From an uncultured virus (IMG/VR IMGVR_UViG_3300035150_000049) (Duplodnaviria > Heunggongvirae > Uroviricota > Caudoviricetes): a stretch of 64,000 bases of DNA. The notes beneath the pieces were generated by a model. The model saw nothing but the letters and a program-made list of their open reading frames with translations, made no database searches and was not told the DNA's origin. Position numbers and translations under genes: made by a program. Below are positions 39,238 to 48,280 of the stretch, piece by piece. Numbering within the stretch: position 1 is the first letter of the stretch; the number at the start of each line of letters is the position of its first letter. The stretch is taken from IMG/VR virus record IMGVR_UViG_3300035150_000049; one strand, written 5' to 3'.

Positions 39238-39823
39238 CGTGTGATCTCCTTTGCCGTGAAGCTGTATAATTGCCGTACCGCGCCGTCACCAGCGGGTAAT
39301 TTTTTTGTGAAGTAAACCTAAGACTATCCTTGTATCGCCGGGCGTAAGCTTGACCGGCGCTCGCTTCGATCTTCCAACCATGTTTATCCAATTCGATCCA
39401 GCCGACTTGAAAGCGCGTAAGGAAACGTTCGAGTGTGCGCCCGTGCTGTTTATCGAAGACGCAAAGGCGTGGGTACGCCAGGATAAACGCCAGCGGCTTA
39501 TACCCGCTCTGAAATTTGAATTCTGAGAACCGATAGTCAAGACATTGAAACGCCATGTCAAAAACCTTACGCCCGTCCTTGGGCGCTTTGACTTCGATCC
39601 CAAACGGCGCATTAACAAACCCCATTTCTAAAACGTGTGTTTTGGCCCGCGCCACAACATCGATCTTGACGCGCTCTCTTGTGTTGCGCATCGAATGCCC
39701 CCAGACGCCTTTACCGTCCGGCCCGGTGTAAAGCTCAAAGTCGTCTTGCATTGCTTTGATAAGCGCTGCCTGATATTGTTGTTCGTTCATTGGTTCATAT
39801 CCACTGTTTTTAAGTCGCGCCAT
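39230..39823 (-). CDS. PD-(D/E)XK nuclease-like protein
   Basis: IDVVA...FGIEVK...QCLDY. Confidence 0.6.
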   Translation of the reverse strand: MARLKNSGYEPMNEQQYQAALIKAMQDDFELYTGPDGKGVWGHSMRNTRERVKIDVVARAKTHVLEMGFVNAPFGIEVKAPKDGRKVFDMAFQCLDYRFSEFKFQSGYKPLAFILAYPRLCVFDKQHGRTLERFLTRFQVGWIELDKHGWKIEASAGQAYARRYKDSLRFTSQKNYPLVTARYGNYTASRQRRSHGG

Positions 39824-41181
39824 GTCCAGTATCTCCCATCCAAAAACATTTTACATACTACCCCTTCCCTTCCAAATGAATTTTTATCGACACGAAAGGT
39901 TGCTTCCAAATCGCGTTCGCCTTCTTGAACCCAAAATGTATTCCCCCTCCAGTGTCGGGCGATAGGTGCCTTATCTTGATTTATCGGTCGATTGATCGTG
40001 ATAACACAATTAGACTTTGCGCCGATATCACCGCTCCCCTTCATGCCGTACTGCGTCCTCACGCGGTCATTTTTTACCGTCGTATTGTTGAACTGTGAAC
40101 CAACGTAGCCATGCGCGCCAATGTTGCCGATGAAGTTTTTAAAACTTTGCATGGCCCAGCTTATCGCCTGCGCCTCGTTTTTCGTGGCGTCATCTGCCGC
40201 AAAAAGTTGAATGTAATCGAGAATCACAAGGTTAAGCGGTGAAACACGATGTAACTCACGCAACTCGTCTATCACGCCCCAAACACCTTGTTTTTTTTGC
40301 TCCGGGGTATACAGGTAGTGCAAGCGCTCCATCCATGCGCTGTGTTGATCCCTGACGCTATAAACCAGGGTCCACTCTTCGGCATTCAGAATCGACTTGC
40401 CCGCGTAAATCTGTTCCAAAAACCGGTCTGAGTTGATCCCGGTGTAACGTTGCATGCGCCTGGCCTGCGCCTGGCGTTCGGGTATTTCACCGTCCACAAT
40501 CGCAACGGTTGCGCCGTCCATCGCGGCGTTCTCGGCGACCTGCGTCATCCACATGGTTTTACCATCGCCGCTGCCACCCGCAACGGATGAGAGCATGCCG
40601 GGGTATAACATTCGCGCCAGCCCACCCGCCGCCGCGATATTTGGCGACTTGATGTAAATCGGCACCCCCAATGGCTCCGGACTTTCCATCGCCACGATTA
40701 GCTCTTGTATACCGAGGTCTACGCGCTTTATCGCGCTTAGCCGCGCCGCCGGCAACCCATCCTGTACGATGGTATGATACCGTTCGCGGTATTCCCCTGG
40801 CTCCAGCTTGAGGCAGTTTGCCGCGAGTCCGCCCAGTTGAATCGACACCGCTAGGGTTTTGCGACCACGTGAGGCCGCGCGCACATGCTTTTCATACGTC
40901 TTTGCGTTTGATGTTATCACACCGGCGCGTGCCAGTGCGATAACTAATTCATCAAGATTGTCATGCGCGGTGCGCTCGAGCTCGGCGCAGACCGTCATGC
41001 TATCTACACCGTCACCGCGTCCGTGAAGTGTTTGCACTGCCTCCCAAATGTGCGCGTGGTCTGGGTTGTCGAAGTCGGATGACGATAGATTCATTGTCAG
41101 GTCGCGCGCTTCCGCATCTTGCAACGCGGCGGCGATGACGGCTTGTTCAAATTCTGGCGTGGCGGTGGGAGAGCTAAACAT
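39787..41181 (-). CDS. DnaB-like replicative helicase
   Basis: N-terminal EQAVIAAAL...DF...H..IW; GGSGDGKT, ILDYIQL, SQFN, GSGDI. Confidence 0.88.
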   Translation of the reverse strand: MFSSPTATPEFEQAVIAAALQDAEARDLTMNLSSSDFDNPDHAHIWEAVQTLHGRGDGVDSMTVCAELERTAHDNLDELVIALARAGVITSNAKTYEKHVRAASRGRKTLAVSIQLGGLAANCLKLEPGEYRERYHTIVQDGLPAARLSAIKRVDLGIQELIVAMESPEPLGVPIYIKSPNIAAAGGLARMLYPGMLSSVAGGSGDGKTMWMTQVAENAAMDGATVAIVDGEIPERQAQARRMQRYTGINSDRFLEQIYAGKSILNAEEWTLVYSVRDQHSAWMERLHYLYTPEQKKQGVWGVIDELRELHRVSPLNLVILDYIQLFAADDATKNEAQAISWAMQSFKNFIGNIGAHGYVGSQFNNTTVKNDRVRTQYGMKGSGDIGAKSNCVITINRPINQDKAPIARHWRGNTFWVQEGERDLEATFRVDKNSFGREGVVCKMFLDGRYWTWRDLKTVDMNQ

Positions 41182-41467
41182 TACTTTTCACCGCTGCGAT
41201 ATAGTCCTCATATTCCGCCCTTGCCCATTCAATAAGGTCATCAAAAAGTGTCGCGCCCGCGTTCGTTAGGGCGTAGGTGCGTTTGAACGCCCCGCCACAG
41301 GATCGCGCTTCAACAAGATTACTTTGCACAAGCTCGTAATAATCTTTTGCCGCGTTCCATATTCGTTTTTCGTCGATGAAGATAAGCGCGTCGTCAACGG
41401 AAAAAAGCGTCCCCCTTTTAATTTCGCGCAACATAAGATAAAGACGACTATTTGGAATATTCATCAT
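41174..41467 (-). CDS. small winged-helix-like protein
   Basis: NLVE...RTYALTNAG wing motif. Confidence 0.4.
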   Translation of the reverse strand: MMNIPNSRLYLMLREIKRGTLFSVDDALIFIDEKRIWNAAKDYYELVQSNLVEARSCGGAFKRTYALTNAGATLFDDLIEWARAEYEDYIAAVKSNV

Positions 41468-41479
41468 AAGACTCCTTCT

Positions 41480-42940
41480 CTAGGCGCGAGGCGCGCCGGC
41501 GAATATTTTTTTCAACGCTTCCGGCGGATTGTCGGGAATATCATATTGGCGGGTAGGTTGTACCGGACCGGGCGCTTCCGGCAATGGCGGGTAGTCAGGC
41601 TGCTGAGCTTGTGCGGCGGCAGCAGCGGCCTGTACGCGGGTATGGTAGTCGATGAAGTCGGGCCACGCTTTTTTGATCTCGTTTGGAAACGGTCGCGCGT
41701 TAGCGTCTTCTTTGCGCCGCCGCCAATTGTGTTGCGTTGGAACTTTGCGCCACCACTCCCAAAATGCCCGCAGATCATCGGTGGTGACCTCGTAGACTTT
41801 TCGCATCGTCTTTGCCAGGGAAGACGCATTCTTCATTGTGCCACTGTCGATGGCTTCTAACTGGTCACCTTTCGCGCCGCTCAGTATCCATACAAACGCC
41901 TCATACAAAGCTTGATGCTTTGCGTTTGGTGGCGTCAACTTATACTCTAAAAATTCAATCATGGTTTTACGCGGCCTTGCACGCATATTCTCATTGTGTA
42001 GCACCTCGCTCAATAACGCGGCGTGATCTTCATAGTTGGCGTCGGCTAAAGCTGCCTGCGCCTCACTCACTGTCATACGCTGAATATCGCGTGCCGTAAG
42101 TTTTGACGCAAAGGGTTGGTCTTCTTGGGTATCTTGGGTATCTTCCACCGCTTGCGGCGGGGGCGGCGACGCGCTAGCGGCGCTACTCTTTTCTTCTTTA
42201 CTTGGTTCTTCTTCTTGTGATAGTTGAGCCACATTTGGCTGAGCCACTAGTGGTTTAACTATGGGTGGCTCCTGGGCGGATGAAAAAAGCGCTAAATCAC
42301 CCTCGTCCAGATCAAACCAATCACCTCGAATATGCTTCTGAGAAAAGAATTTATGCCAATAGCCCTCAAGTTCAAGCGCGTTGTCTGATTCGTGCGTTGC
42401 GACAACCCTTAAGTTTTCTTGCTGGCTGCGCAAGGCATGAAGTCTATGTGATAGCTTTTGTGTGCTACCTATCTTGTATCCTCGTTCGCAAGAAACAAGA
42501 TAAACAAACCCGTGCGTTTCACTAACTTGCTTACCCTCAAGCGGATCATATTCGCGCATATTTTCAAACGGTGCTGGCCCATGCGCCTTGTCTGGAAAGA
42601 TTAAATATGCGCTCCGCCCCCACTTTTGACTTTCCGGGTCTTTTTGGCGATAGTGCGCAAATACGCGATTGCCGTCAATTTTAATCTTTCTGAGCATTGC
42701 AAGGGCGCCCGTTAGCGCCGCCTCGCTTTTGATCCCTGTGTATTCCTTGATTCGGTCGCGGCCCGGCCAAGCCCAACCGTGCTCGTTTACATGCAATGAG
42801 ATACACATAAAGACGGCGAGTGCTGAAAAACTTTTGCCGTTGTTGAACTGCGCGATATGTTCTCGAAAAGAAACGTCAAGGCGCGCAAACACGCTGCCTT
42901 CTTCATCAAATAGCCCTCGGCCTTGAAAAATTCCTAACAT
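41480..42940 (-). CDS. replication initiator (HTH_36-like) with inserted T5orf172/GIY-YIG-like domain
   Basis: GWAWPGRDRIKEYTG HTH; GFVYLV...YKIGST...ELEGYWH...RGDWFDL; upstream of the helicase; start taken at MLGIFQG after AGGAG. Confidence 0.7.
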   Translation of the reverse strand: MLGIFQGRGLFDEEGSVFARLDVSFREHIAQFNNGKSFSALAVFMCISLHVNEHGWAWPGRDRIKEYTGIKSEAALTGALAMLRKIKIDGNRVFAHYRQKDPESQKWGRSAYLIFPDKAHGPAPFENMREYDPLEGKQVSETHGFVYLVSCERGYKIGSTQKLSHRLHALRSQQENLRVVATHESDNALELEGYWHKFFSQKHIRGDWFDLDEGDLALFSSAQEPPIVKPLVAQPNVAQLSQEEEPSKEEKSSAASASPPPPQAVEDTQDTQEDQPFASKLTARDIQRMTVSEAQAALADANYEDHAALLSEVLHNENMRARPRKTMIEFLEYKLTPPNAKHQALYEAFVWILSGAKGDQLEAIDSGTMKNASSLAKTMRKVYEVTTDDLRAFWEWWRKVPTQHNWRRRKEDANARPFPNEIKKAWPDFIDYHTRVQAAAAAAQAQQPDYPPLPEAPGPVQPTRQYDIPDNPPEALKKIFAGAPRA

Positions 42941-42954
42941 GACGAGACTCCTGT

Positions 42955-43045
42955 TTGACAAGATATTACGATTTGATATACTAAAGGCGTGCCGACAATT
43001 TGACATTTATCCGCCGCCCGCCACCGTTACCCCGGTGGCTTTTTT
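42955..43045 (+). ncRNA. promoter plus putative ~55-60 nt antisense RNA ending in an intrinsic terminator
   Basis: TTGACA(42955)-16-TATACT(42977) with extended TG; terminator GCCACCG TTACCC CGGTGGC TTTTTT at 43020-43045. Confidence 0.55.
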
Positions 43046-43091
43046 GTATGGGCTTCTAGTGTATCACAGCGGTATGATAGTGTGGAAATGA

Positions 43092-44069
43092 CTAAAAATT
43101 CATTGCCACCTGCGATCGATATTTCCGTTTATTCTTACGCCAGGGTCGGTAATCTTCCCATACGCAAGTCTTCCATATTCTGGCATTGACCCATCGCCTA
43201 AAGTGCCTGAGCTTTGCATCGGGTGTTTCTTGCCCGGTTTCAGTATCGCGGTACAACATTACGAATGGATCAATTCCAAGCTCAGTGATAATCTTGAAGC
43301 GCGCAAAGTCTTCCTCAAAGCTAGAATTAAAACCGACCAAAATAAATGATTGTAATTTGTAGGGCTTAATGCCCGCGCTTGTGAGCATATCAACACCTGC
43401 TCGAAATTTCCGTTCAATACCAATGTGATCGAAGGCAAAAGTTAGCTGTTTGTATGAAAACTTTGTGTTGTAGAAGTCGGTTTGCGCCAGTAGGCCGGCG
43501 ATTTCCGGTGTCACTAAACGAATGTCTAAACCCTGCGAAAAGCTAACTTTTATTTGTCTATCCGCAAGCTCTTTCAGGGTATCAAGAGTCCAGTTGCCAA
43601 GCGATAAAAAGTTGTTGTCAAGCAATACAAGCTTGTTAGAGCGTGGATTCAAAAGTTTACTTATACACGCAACGACCACGGGTTTGCCTTCCTTTTTTGG
43701 CACAAGGCAGAATGGGCACTTTCGGATGCACCCACGCTGTAAAAACCCCAAGCCATAGTCAATGTCATAAAGGGTATAGTCGGGCTTGATATTTTCGATT
43801 TCATCCGGCAACACCTTGTAAATATCTATACCGCTGCCCCCCATTTCAACTTCCATTTTGTTTTGTAGGGCGCTATAGGCTGCAAGTGCCTGCGACTTGC
43901 GCCAACTAAATACAGACGAGATATAGGCTTTATTAGCATCAAACGAATTTAGTAAAATGGTATCCCCATGCATCTTATGCCATGCGGACAACTTCATAAG
44001 CGCAAGGTTCGGAAAAACAAAACGACGCTTGCTATCTAGAGTATCTATATCAATTACTGAAATTTGCAT
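43092..44069 (-). CDS. radical SAM protein
   Basis: CxxxCxxC in RGCIRKCPFC; N-terminal NLALMKLSAWHK; LLDNNF, QGLDIRL. Confidence 0.88.
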   Translation of the reverse strand: MQISVIDIDTLDSKRRFVFPNLALMKLSAWHKMHGDTILLNSFDANKAYISSVFSWRKSQALAAYSALQNKMEVEMGGSGIDIYKVLPDEIENIKPDYTLYDIDYGLGFLQRGCIRKCPFCLVPKKEGKPVVVACISKLLNPRSNKLVLLDNNFLSLGNWTLDTLKELADRQIKVSFSQGLDIRLVTPEIAGLLAQTDFYNTKFSYKQLTFAFDHIGIERKFRAGVDMLTSAGIKPYKLQSFILVGFNSSFEEDFARFKIITELGIDPFVMLYRDTETGQETPDAKLRHFRRWVNARIWKTCVWEDYRPWRKNKRKYRSQVAMNF

Positions 44070-44156
44070 GATTTCTATCTCGTGCTATACTTTTCTTGAG
44101 CCGTTGATTGACTGACACTATCGCCGCCTGCCGCGCCCACCAGCGCGGCTTTTTTT
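44064..44156 (+). ncRNA. promoter plus putative ~60 nt antisense RNA ending in an intrinsic terminator
   Basis: TTGCAT(44064)-16-TATACT(44086) with extended TG; terminator GCCGCGC CCACCA GCGCGGC TTTTTTT. Confidence 0.5.
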
Positions 44157-44202
44157 ACGTGTCGGTTCATTGTACCACGGCGGCGGGTTATGGTGGAAAT
44201 GA

Positions 44203-44838
44203 CTAGAACGGCAACATCATTTGTGTTCCATCTATAATAGCGCGGGCCTCTCCCATCCAGCGGTTTAGTCTGGGAATAGCTACATTAGGCTCAAACACTT
44301 CATGTGTGCCATCTATGCTATCTGCACCCAGCTTTGCAGACATTAGAACACGTCGCCGGGTATTAACGCGCCCGATGTGTACCCACTTTTTGCGCCGCTT
44401 CGCTTCTAAGACAAGCGTAGCGGCGTCCAATCCATCCTTAAACCTGTCATCTCCACCAATGAACAGCGCGGCAATTTGATCCCAGGGAACGTCACCGGGC
44501 CGCATTCCGTTCTGAGCAGCAAGCGCCACCGGATAACGCGGCGCTATGATCTTGTACCACTCTGGAAACTCAGCAAGCGTGCCGGTGGCATCGCCAACTA
44601 CATCAGGCGCAAGTACCCATTTGCATTTTTCGGCGTATGGTTCAACTAAGTTGAGCATCTTTAAAAAGTTTTCGTCCGAATAAGAATCGTTAAAACGGTC
44701 ATTGTCACAAGCAAAAACTAAGCATAACTCAAGTCGTTCTTTCCAAGTGCCCCCATGCTGCGGTGTCATTAAAACGCCCCAATGATTTTTATTTAAGCGT
44801 TGAAAGTGATTATTTCCGAGACAGGTTAGCCGCAACAT
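44203..44838 (-). CDS. TGT-fold (DpdA-like) base-exchange enzyme, putative
   Basis: FACDN, APDVVGDA..TL, LFIGG, WVHIGRVN, GADSIDGT; adjacent to a VUT transporter. Confidence 0.6.
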   Translation of the reverse strand: MLRLTCLGNNHFQRLNKNHWGVLMTPQHGGTWKERLELCLVFACDNDRFNDSYSDENFLKMLNLVEPYAEKCKWVLAPDVVGDATGTLAEFPEWYKIIAPRYPVALAAQNGMRPGDVPWDQIAALFIGGDDRFKDGLDAATLVLEAKRRKKWVHIGRVNTRRRVLMSAKLGADSIDGTHEVFEPNVAIPRLNRWMGEARAIIDGTQMMLPF

Positions 44839-45304
44839 AAAACACCATACTCCATATAAAGCCGCCGCAAAACTTAGCAATGAATTGCCCGGCGACGATC
44901 CCCCATAGCGGCGGAAAGCCAAACGCGAGCACCGGGAAAACTAAACTATCCGCCGCCGCGCTAAACAGGTTACTGCCATTTATCCGAACGAAGCGCGCGC
45001 GGTCTTTCATCATATGATACACGACAGTATCAACCACGCCGACACAGACAAAGGCGGCGGTTGAGGCAATGGCGATTTTTAGCGCGCCGATATTCAATGC
45101 CGCCGATAGTGCGCCACCGGAAGCAATCAACAAAAACATATTACGCGCGAGATTGCCTTGCCATTGATCGTGAAGTCTGTCGCGCGCTGTGAGGTCCAGA
45201 CCGATGAACAAAAAAGCATTGACAATCGACCAGTCAGACCCAAAAGCAGCGACCGTCAAGTTTGCGGCAACGATTGCCACGAGGTACATAGAAATGTAAA
45301 TCAC
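44810..45304 (-). CDS. VUT-family (YhhQ-like) queuosine-precursor transporter
   Basis: IVAANL, GLDLTARDRLH, IAIASTAAF, SNLFSAAADSLVF..LAFG, GQFIAK. Confidence 0.8.
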   Translation of the reverse strand: MIYISMYLVAIVAANLTVAAFGSDWSIVNAFLFIGLDLTARDRLHDQWQGNLARNMFLLIASGGALSAALNIGALKIAIASTAAFVCVGVVDTVVYHMMKDRARFVRINGSNLFSAAADSLVFPVLAFGFPPLWGIVAGQFIAKFCGGFIWSMVFYVAANLSRK

Positions 45305-45660
45305 GATTCGTTCCTCACCATATGCGCTTCAAACTCAAACTTCATTCCGTCGGCATCGCTCCATGAGTAGTTAATTTTTGCCCACCGTAAAACGAAGCCG
45401 TTGCGCCCGTTTCCCCAACCCGACTGAGCTATCATCTCTAAGAACGTTTTTAAGTCGGCAAAGGTATTTTGTTTTGCATGAAAATCCATGCGCACAAGCC
45501 GTCCTTTTGTGTCCCGCGATGGGATAGCATACAGCATATTGCGCTCGTACGCGTCTTGCCATATCCAGTAAATTTGTTGATGCCATTGATCGTCGCTGGG
45601 ATCAAGCCAGCGCGATTCGCTAACAGTGTACGGGGTGTGTAGGGTGTAGTTTTTTTGCAT
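45301..45660 (-). CDS. hypothetical protein
   Basis: 119 aa with AAGGAG RBS; first gene after the structured leader. Confidence 0.55.
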   Translation of the reverse strand: MQKNYTLHTPYTVSESRWLDPSDDQWHQQIYWIWQDAYERNMLYAIPSRDTKGRLVRMDFHAKQNTFADLKTFLEMIAQSGWGNGRNGFVLRWAKINYSWSDADGMKFEFEAHMVRNES

Positions 45661-45678
45661 CGTTCATTCTCCTTAGAT

Positions 45679-45813
45679 AAAAAAATCCCATCCTCTTGGG
45701 TGGCCTGCCCTGTAACGGTGGCCGACAACGGGCCAAAGACAGGACACCCAAGAAAACGGGATTGTCGTTTGTTGTCGTTTAGGCTTCGTTACAAGCCGCG
45801 CTTTTTGTCGCGC
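45679..45813 (-). ncRNA. structured leader / C4-like antisense RNA with terminator
   Basis: Hairpin loops containing CGACAA and UGUAACG, then a branched stem displaying the complements UUGUCG and CGUUACA, closed by AUCCC...GGGAU plus a U-tract. Confidence 0.55.
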
Positions 45814-45819
45814 AGAAGT

Positions 45820-45849
45820 ATTATACTACGGGCCGGCGTCGGGTGTCAA
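45820..45849 (-). promoter_or_regulatory. consensus sigma70 promoter
   Basis: TTGACA-18-TATAAT. Confidence 0.75.
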
Positions 45850-46166
45850 GGTGTGCGCCGCCATAATTCGGTCCAGCGCTTCAATATCGCGTTCAATGTC
45901 GGCGTAAAGCATCGCAAGCGCAGCGTCTTCGTCACTACTATCATCGCCCCGATAGACAGGCACGCCTGCGTAAAATTCAAGTGCTGCCTTTGCTGATTTA
46001 AGCGTGTGTCTGATTCGGCGTTCAGTTTCGTGAGGATCGTAGACATCTGACATGATTTACTCCTCCGTTTCATTATCAGGATAAAGGTGCGCGTATACTG
46101 ACAGCTTTCGTAAAATAATTTCAAGGTCTCTCGCCGGGTCAAAATCTCGCGCCTGCGCAAGCGTAT

Positions 46167-46649
46167 TTAGGCATCGGGCGCTTCTCCATGCACGTAGCAC
46201 AACACATCAAGCGGCTCCAGGTACTCGATCATCAACGCGCGCACGTCCGGCCACGCAAGCCCGCCGAGGCCGCAGCCAAGTTTAGGGAGCGCTACGCCGG
46301 CACAATCATACAATTCGACGCAAGTTTCAAAAGCCGGGCACACGCTTCGTAACCCGGCGTCAATGTATTCAAGCTTAGACGAATTGCGCCAGTTGATTTT
46401 AGTTGGAAACATTACGATTACTCGCATGTTTTCGCCGAAACTCGAATGCCAAATTCGAAGCCATGACCCTATAAAAAGCTCACGGTGCGCGCACATGTCT
46501 TTGTACACATTGTACATTTCGGGAAAACGACGCTTAAACTCTTTCGCCAGTCCTGCCCCCATCACGCCGGCGCAATTGACGGGATTTACCAATGCCACAT
46601 TAGATGGGTGATCGAAAATCGACATTTCAGGAACCCATTTAATTGTCAT
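46167..46649 (-). CDS. macrodomain ADP-ribose hydrolase (DarG-like)
   Basis: LVNPVNCAGVMGAGLA..FK..FP, FPTK..WR..S, ALPKLGCGLGGL.W. Confidence 0.88.
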   Translation of the reverse strand: MTIKWVPEMSIFDHPSNVALVNPVNCAGVMGAGLAKEFKRRFPEMYNVYKDMCAHRELFIGSWLRIWHSSFGENMRVIVMFPTKINWRNSSKLEYIDAGLRSVCPAFETCVELYDCAGVALPKLGCGLGGLAWPDVRALMIEYLEPLDVLCYVHGEAPDA

Positions 46650-47000
46650 ATCAACCTCATTTTACTCCGTGGCGAAAAATACACGCCGTATCGGATCGAT
46701 ACAACCCGCGCCGCCAGATGCCCAGGCCGCCACGAGAGCGCGCGTAAACAGTGTTTGCAGGTTACCATATCCCTGTCGCCATTTTCGTCTACCACCGTGT
46801 ACGCAGCGAGCGAGGAGCCGCATAGGGGCCGGCGCTCTCCGGTGTCAGCGTTGTAAATACCGACGTGGGTTAAAATCGGCGCGTTGCCGTCGCGTCGGTT
46901 GCGTCGCTTCTGAATGATGTGCATTTACCATTCCTCAACATGCGGGCCGAAAAAATCCCAAGCACACTCAGTTAACCAAAAGAAAATGTTATCGATGTCA

Positions 47001-47618
47001 TTAAACCCTCGGTAGCGTAATGCCCGTCTGTCCCTGGTATTTACCCGAACGATCCGCATATGAAACATCCGGTCCTTCATCGCCCTGCCAGAATAAAATT
47101 TGTGCTATGCCCTCGTTGGCGTAAACGCGCGCCGGAAGTGGCGTTACATTGGCGACTTCTAGTGTAATGTATCCGTGCCACCCGCTTTCTAGTACCGTCG
47201 TCGGAATTAACACACCCGCGCGGATGTAAGTCGATTTGCACAGCACGACGCCGGTCACGTCGCGCGGCATTTTGAGATATTCGAACGACCGGCTGAGCGC
47301 AAAGCTGTTGGGCGGGATATAGATAAAAACACCGTGATCGTCTTCGTGAAGTTGCGCGTCAATCATCGACCGTTCATCAAGCGCCTTCGGGTTTACCTCG
47401 GCGCAGTGGGCGTTTGTAAAAACCTTGAATTCGTCTGAGGCGCGGATATCGTAGCCGTAGGATGATACGCCGTAAGATATCGCCGCCGGCGGCGCTGGAT
47501 AAGTATAATATCCCGGTGGGGCAGGGTCCCTTTCGCGCACCTGTCGGTCTACGAACGGCTCAATCATGCCGTGCTCGCGTGCCATTTTTTTAATCCAGTG
47601 GTCGGGTTTGATTGTCAT
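47001..47618 (-). CDS. dcd: dCTP deaminase
   Basis: [51 protein letters not shown]. Confidence 0.92.
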   Translation of the reverse strand: MTIKPDHWIKKMAREHGMIEPFVDRQVRERDPAPPGYYTYPAPPAAISYGVSSYGYDIRASDEFKVFTNAHCAEVNPKALDERSMIDAQLHEDDHGVFIYIPPNSFALSRSFEYLKMPRDVTGVVLCKSTYIRAGVLIPTTVLESGWHGYITLEVANVTPLPARVYANEGIAQILFWQGDEGPDVSYADRSGKYQGQTGITLPRV

Positions 47619-47699
47619 GCGTTTTGTTCTTTTTCCGCGAGACGCTGCAACGCTTGCCCGGTGACAAAAATCACGGCGTATCTTGGATTGGCGGCCCGG

Positions 47700-47933
47700 C
47701 TAGTCGGCGCGGTCATTGTATTCTTCAATTGCGCTTTTGAGCGCCCGCTCGCGTTTTTTAAGCTCCACCTCAATATCACTGATTCTAAGTCGCGCAACGG
47801 CAAAAACACTTTCTGGTAAAAACGTCAACCTGCCGGTTTCTGATCGGGTAGCCATAAGCCCCCATTCGTCCCGCAGCAGATAGACTGACGCCGTTTCGAC
47901 GCCTAAAATTTCTGCGACTTGTTTCGCTTTCAT
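47700..47933 (-). CDS. small HTH DNA-binding protein (excisionase/MerR-like) with coiled coil
   Basis: MKAKQVAEILGVETASVY; AGGAGG RBS; first gene from the leftward promoter. Confidence 0.7.
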   Translation of the reverse strand: MKAKQVAEILGVETASVYLLRDEWGLMATRSETGRLTFLPESVFAVARLRISDIEVELKKRERALKSAIEEYNDRAD

Positions 47934-47956
47934 ATATAACCTCCTAACTTGACTGC

Positions 47957-47985
47957 ATTATAATGGTTTGTGGAACAAAAGTCAA
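47957..47985 (-). promoter_or_regulatory. leftward sigma70 promoter
   Basis: TTGACT-17-TATAAT. Confidence 0.8.
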
Positions 47986-48014
47986 GCAATTTTTAAAATT
48001 GGTATCCAAGTTAC

Positions 48015-48043
48015 TTGACAAAATAAAAATAGTGTGTTATCAT
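48015..48043 (+). promoter_or_regulatory. rightward sigma70 promoter
   Basis: TTGACA-17-TATCAT with extended TG. Confidence 0.8.
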
Positions 48044-48085
48044 ATAGACAGTTAAGTAAACAACGCAAGCAAACAGGAGAGAGCA

Positions 48086-48280
48086 ATGAACAACAAAGCT
48101 TACACCCAAGTACAAACCGGAACACGCGAAAGTTGGAAGCAATTCGGCAACGGTACAGCAATCCCCCAACGACGACGTGAAGTTGTAATCGACATGGAAA
48201 AAGTTCAGCAATTACGCAACGAAGCAAACGAACGATGGATCGAAATGCACGGCGAAATGCAGAACCCGATGCCCTGGTAG
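48086..48280 (+). CDS. small early protein
   Basis: AGGAG RBS; 64 aa; its stop codon overlaps hammerhead stem II. Confidence 0.65.
   Translation: MNNKAYTQVQTGTRESWKQFGNGTAIPQRRREVVIDMEKVQQLRNEANERWIEMHGEMQNPMPW

Noticed and set aside
45679..45813. preQ1 riboswitch upstream of the VUT transporter
   Set aside because: No preQ1-I-type short stem with A-rich tail was recognised; the complementary-box layout fits an antisense/attenuator RNA better. An Rfam scan would settle it.
111..47900. Numerous plus-strand ORFs of 60-210 aa in the left arm (and minus-strand ORFs in the right arm)
   Set aside because: They are antisense shadows of well-supported genes, with no RBS or motif support.
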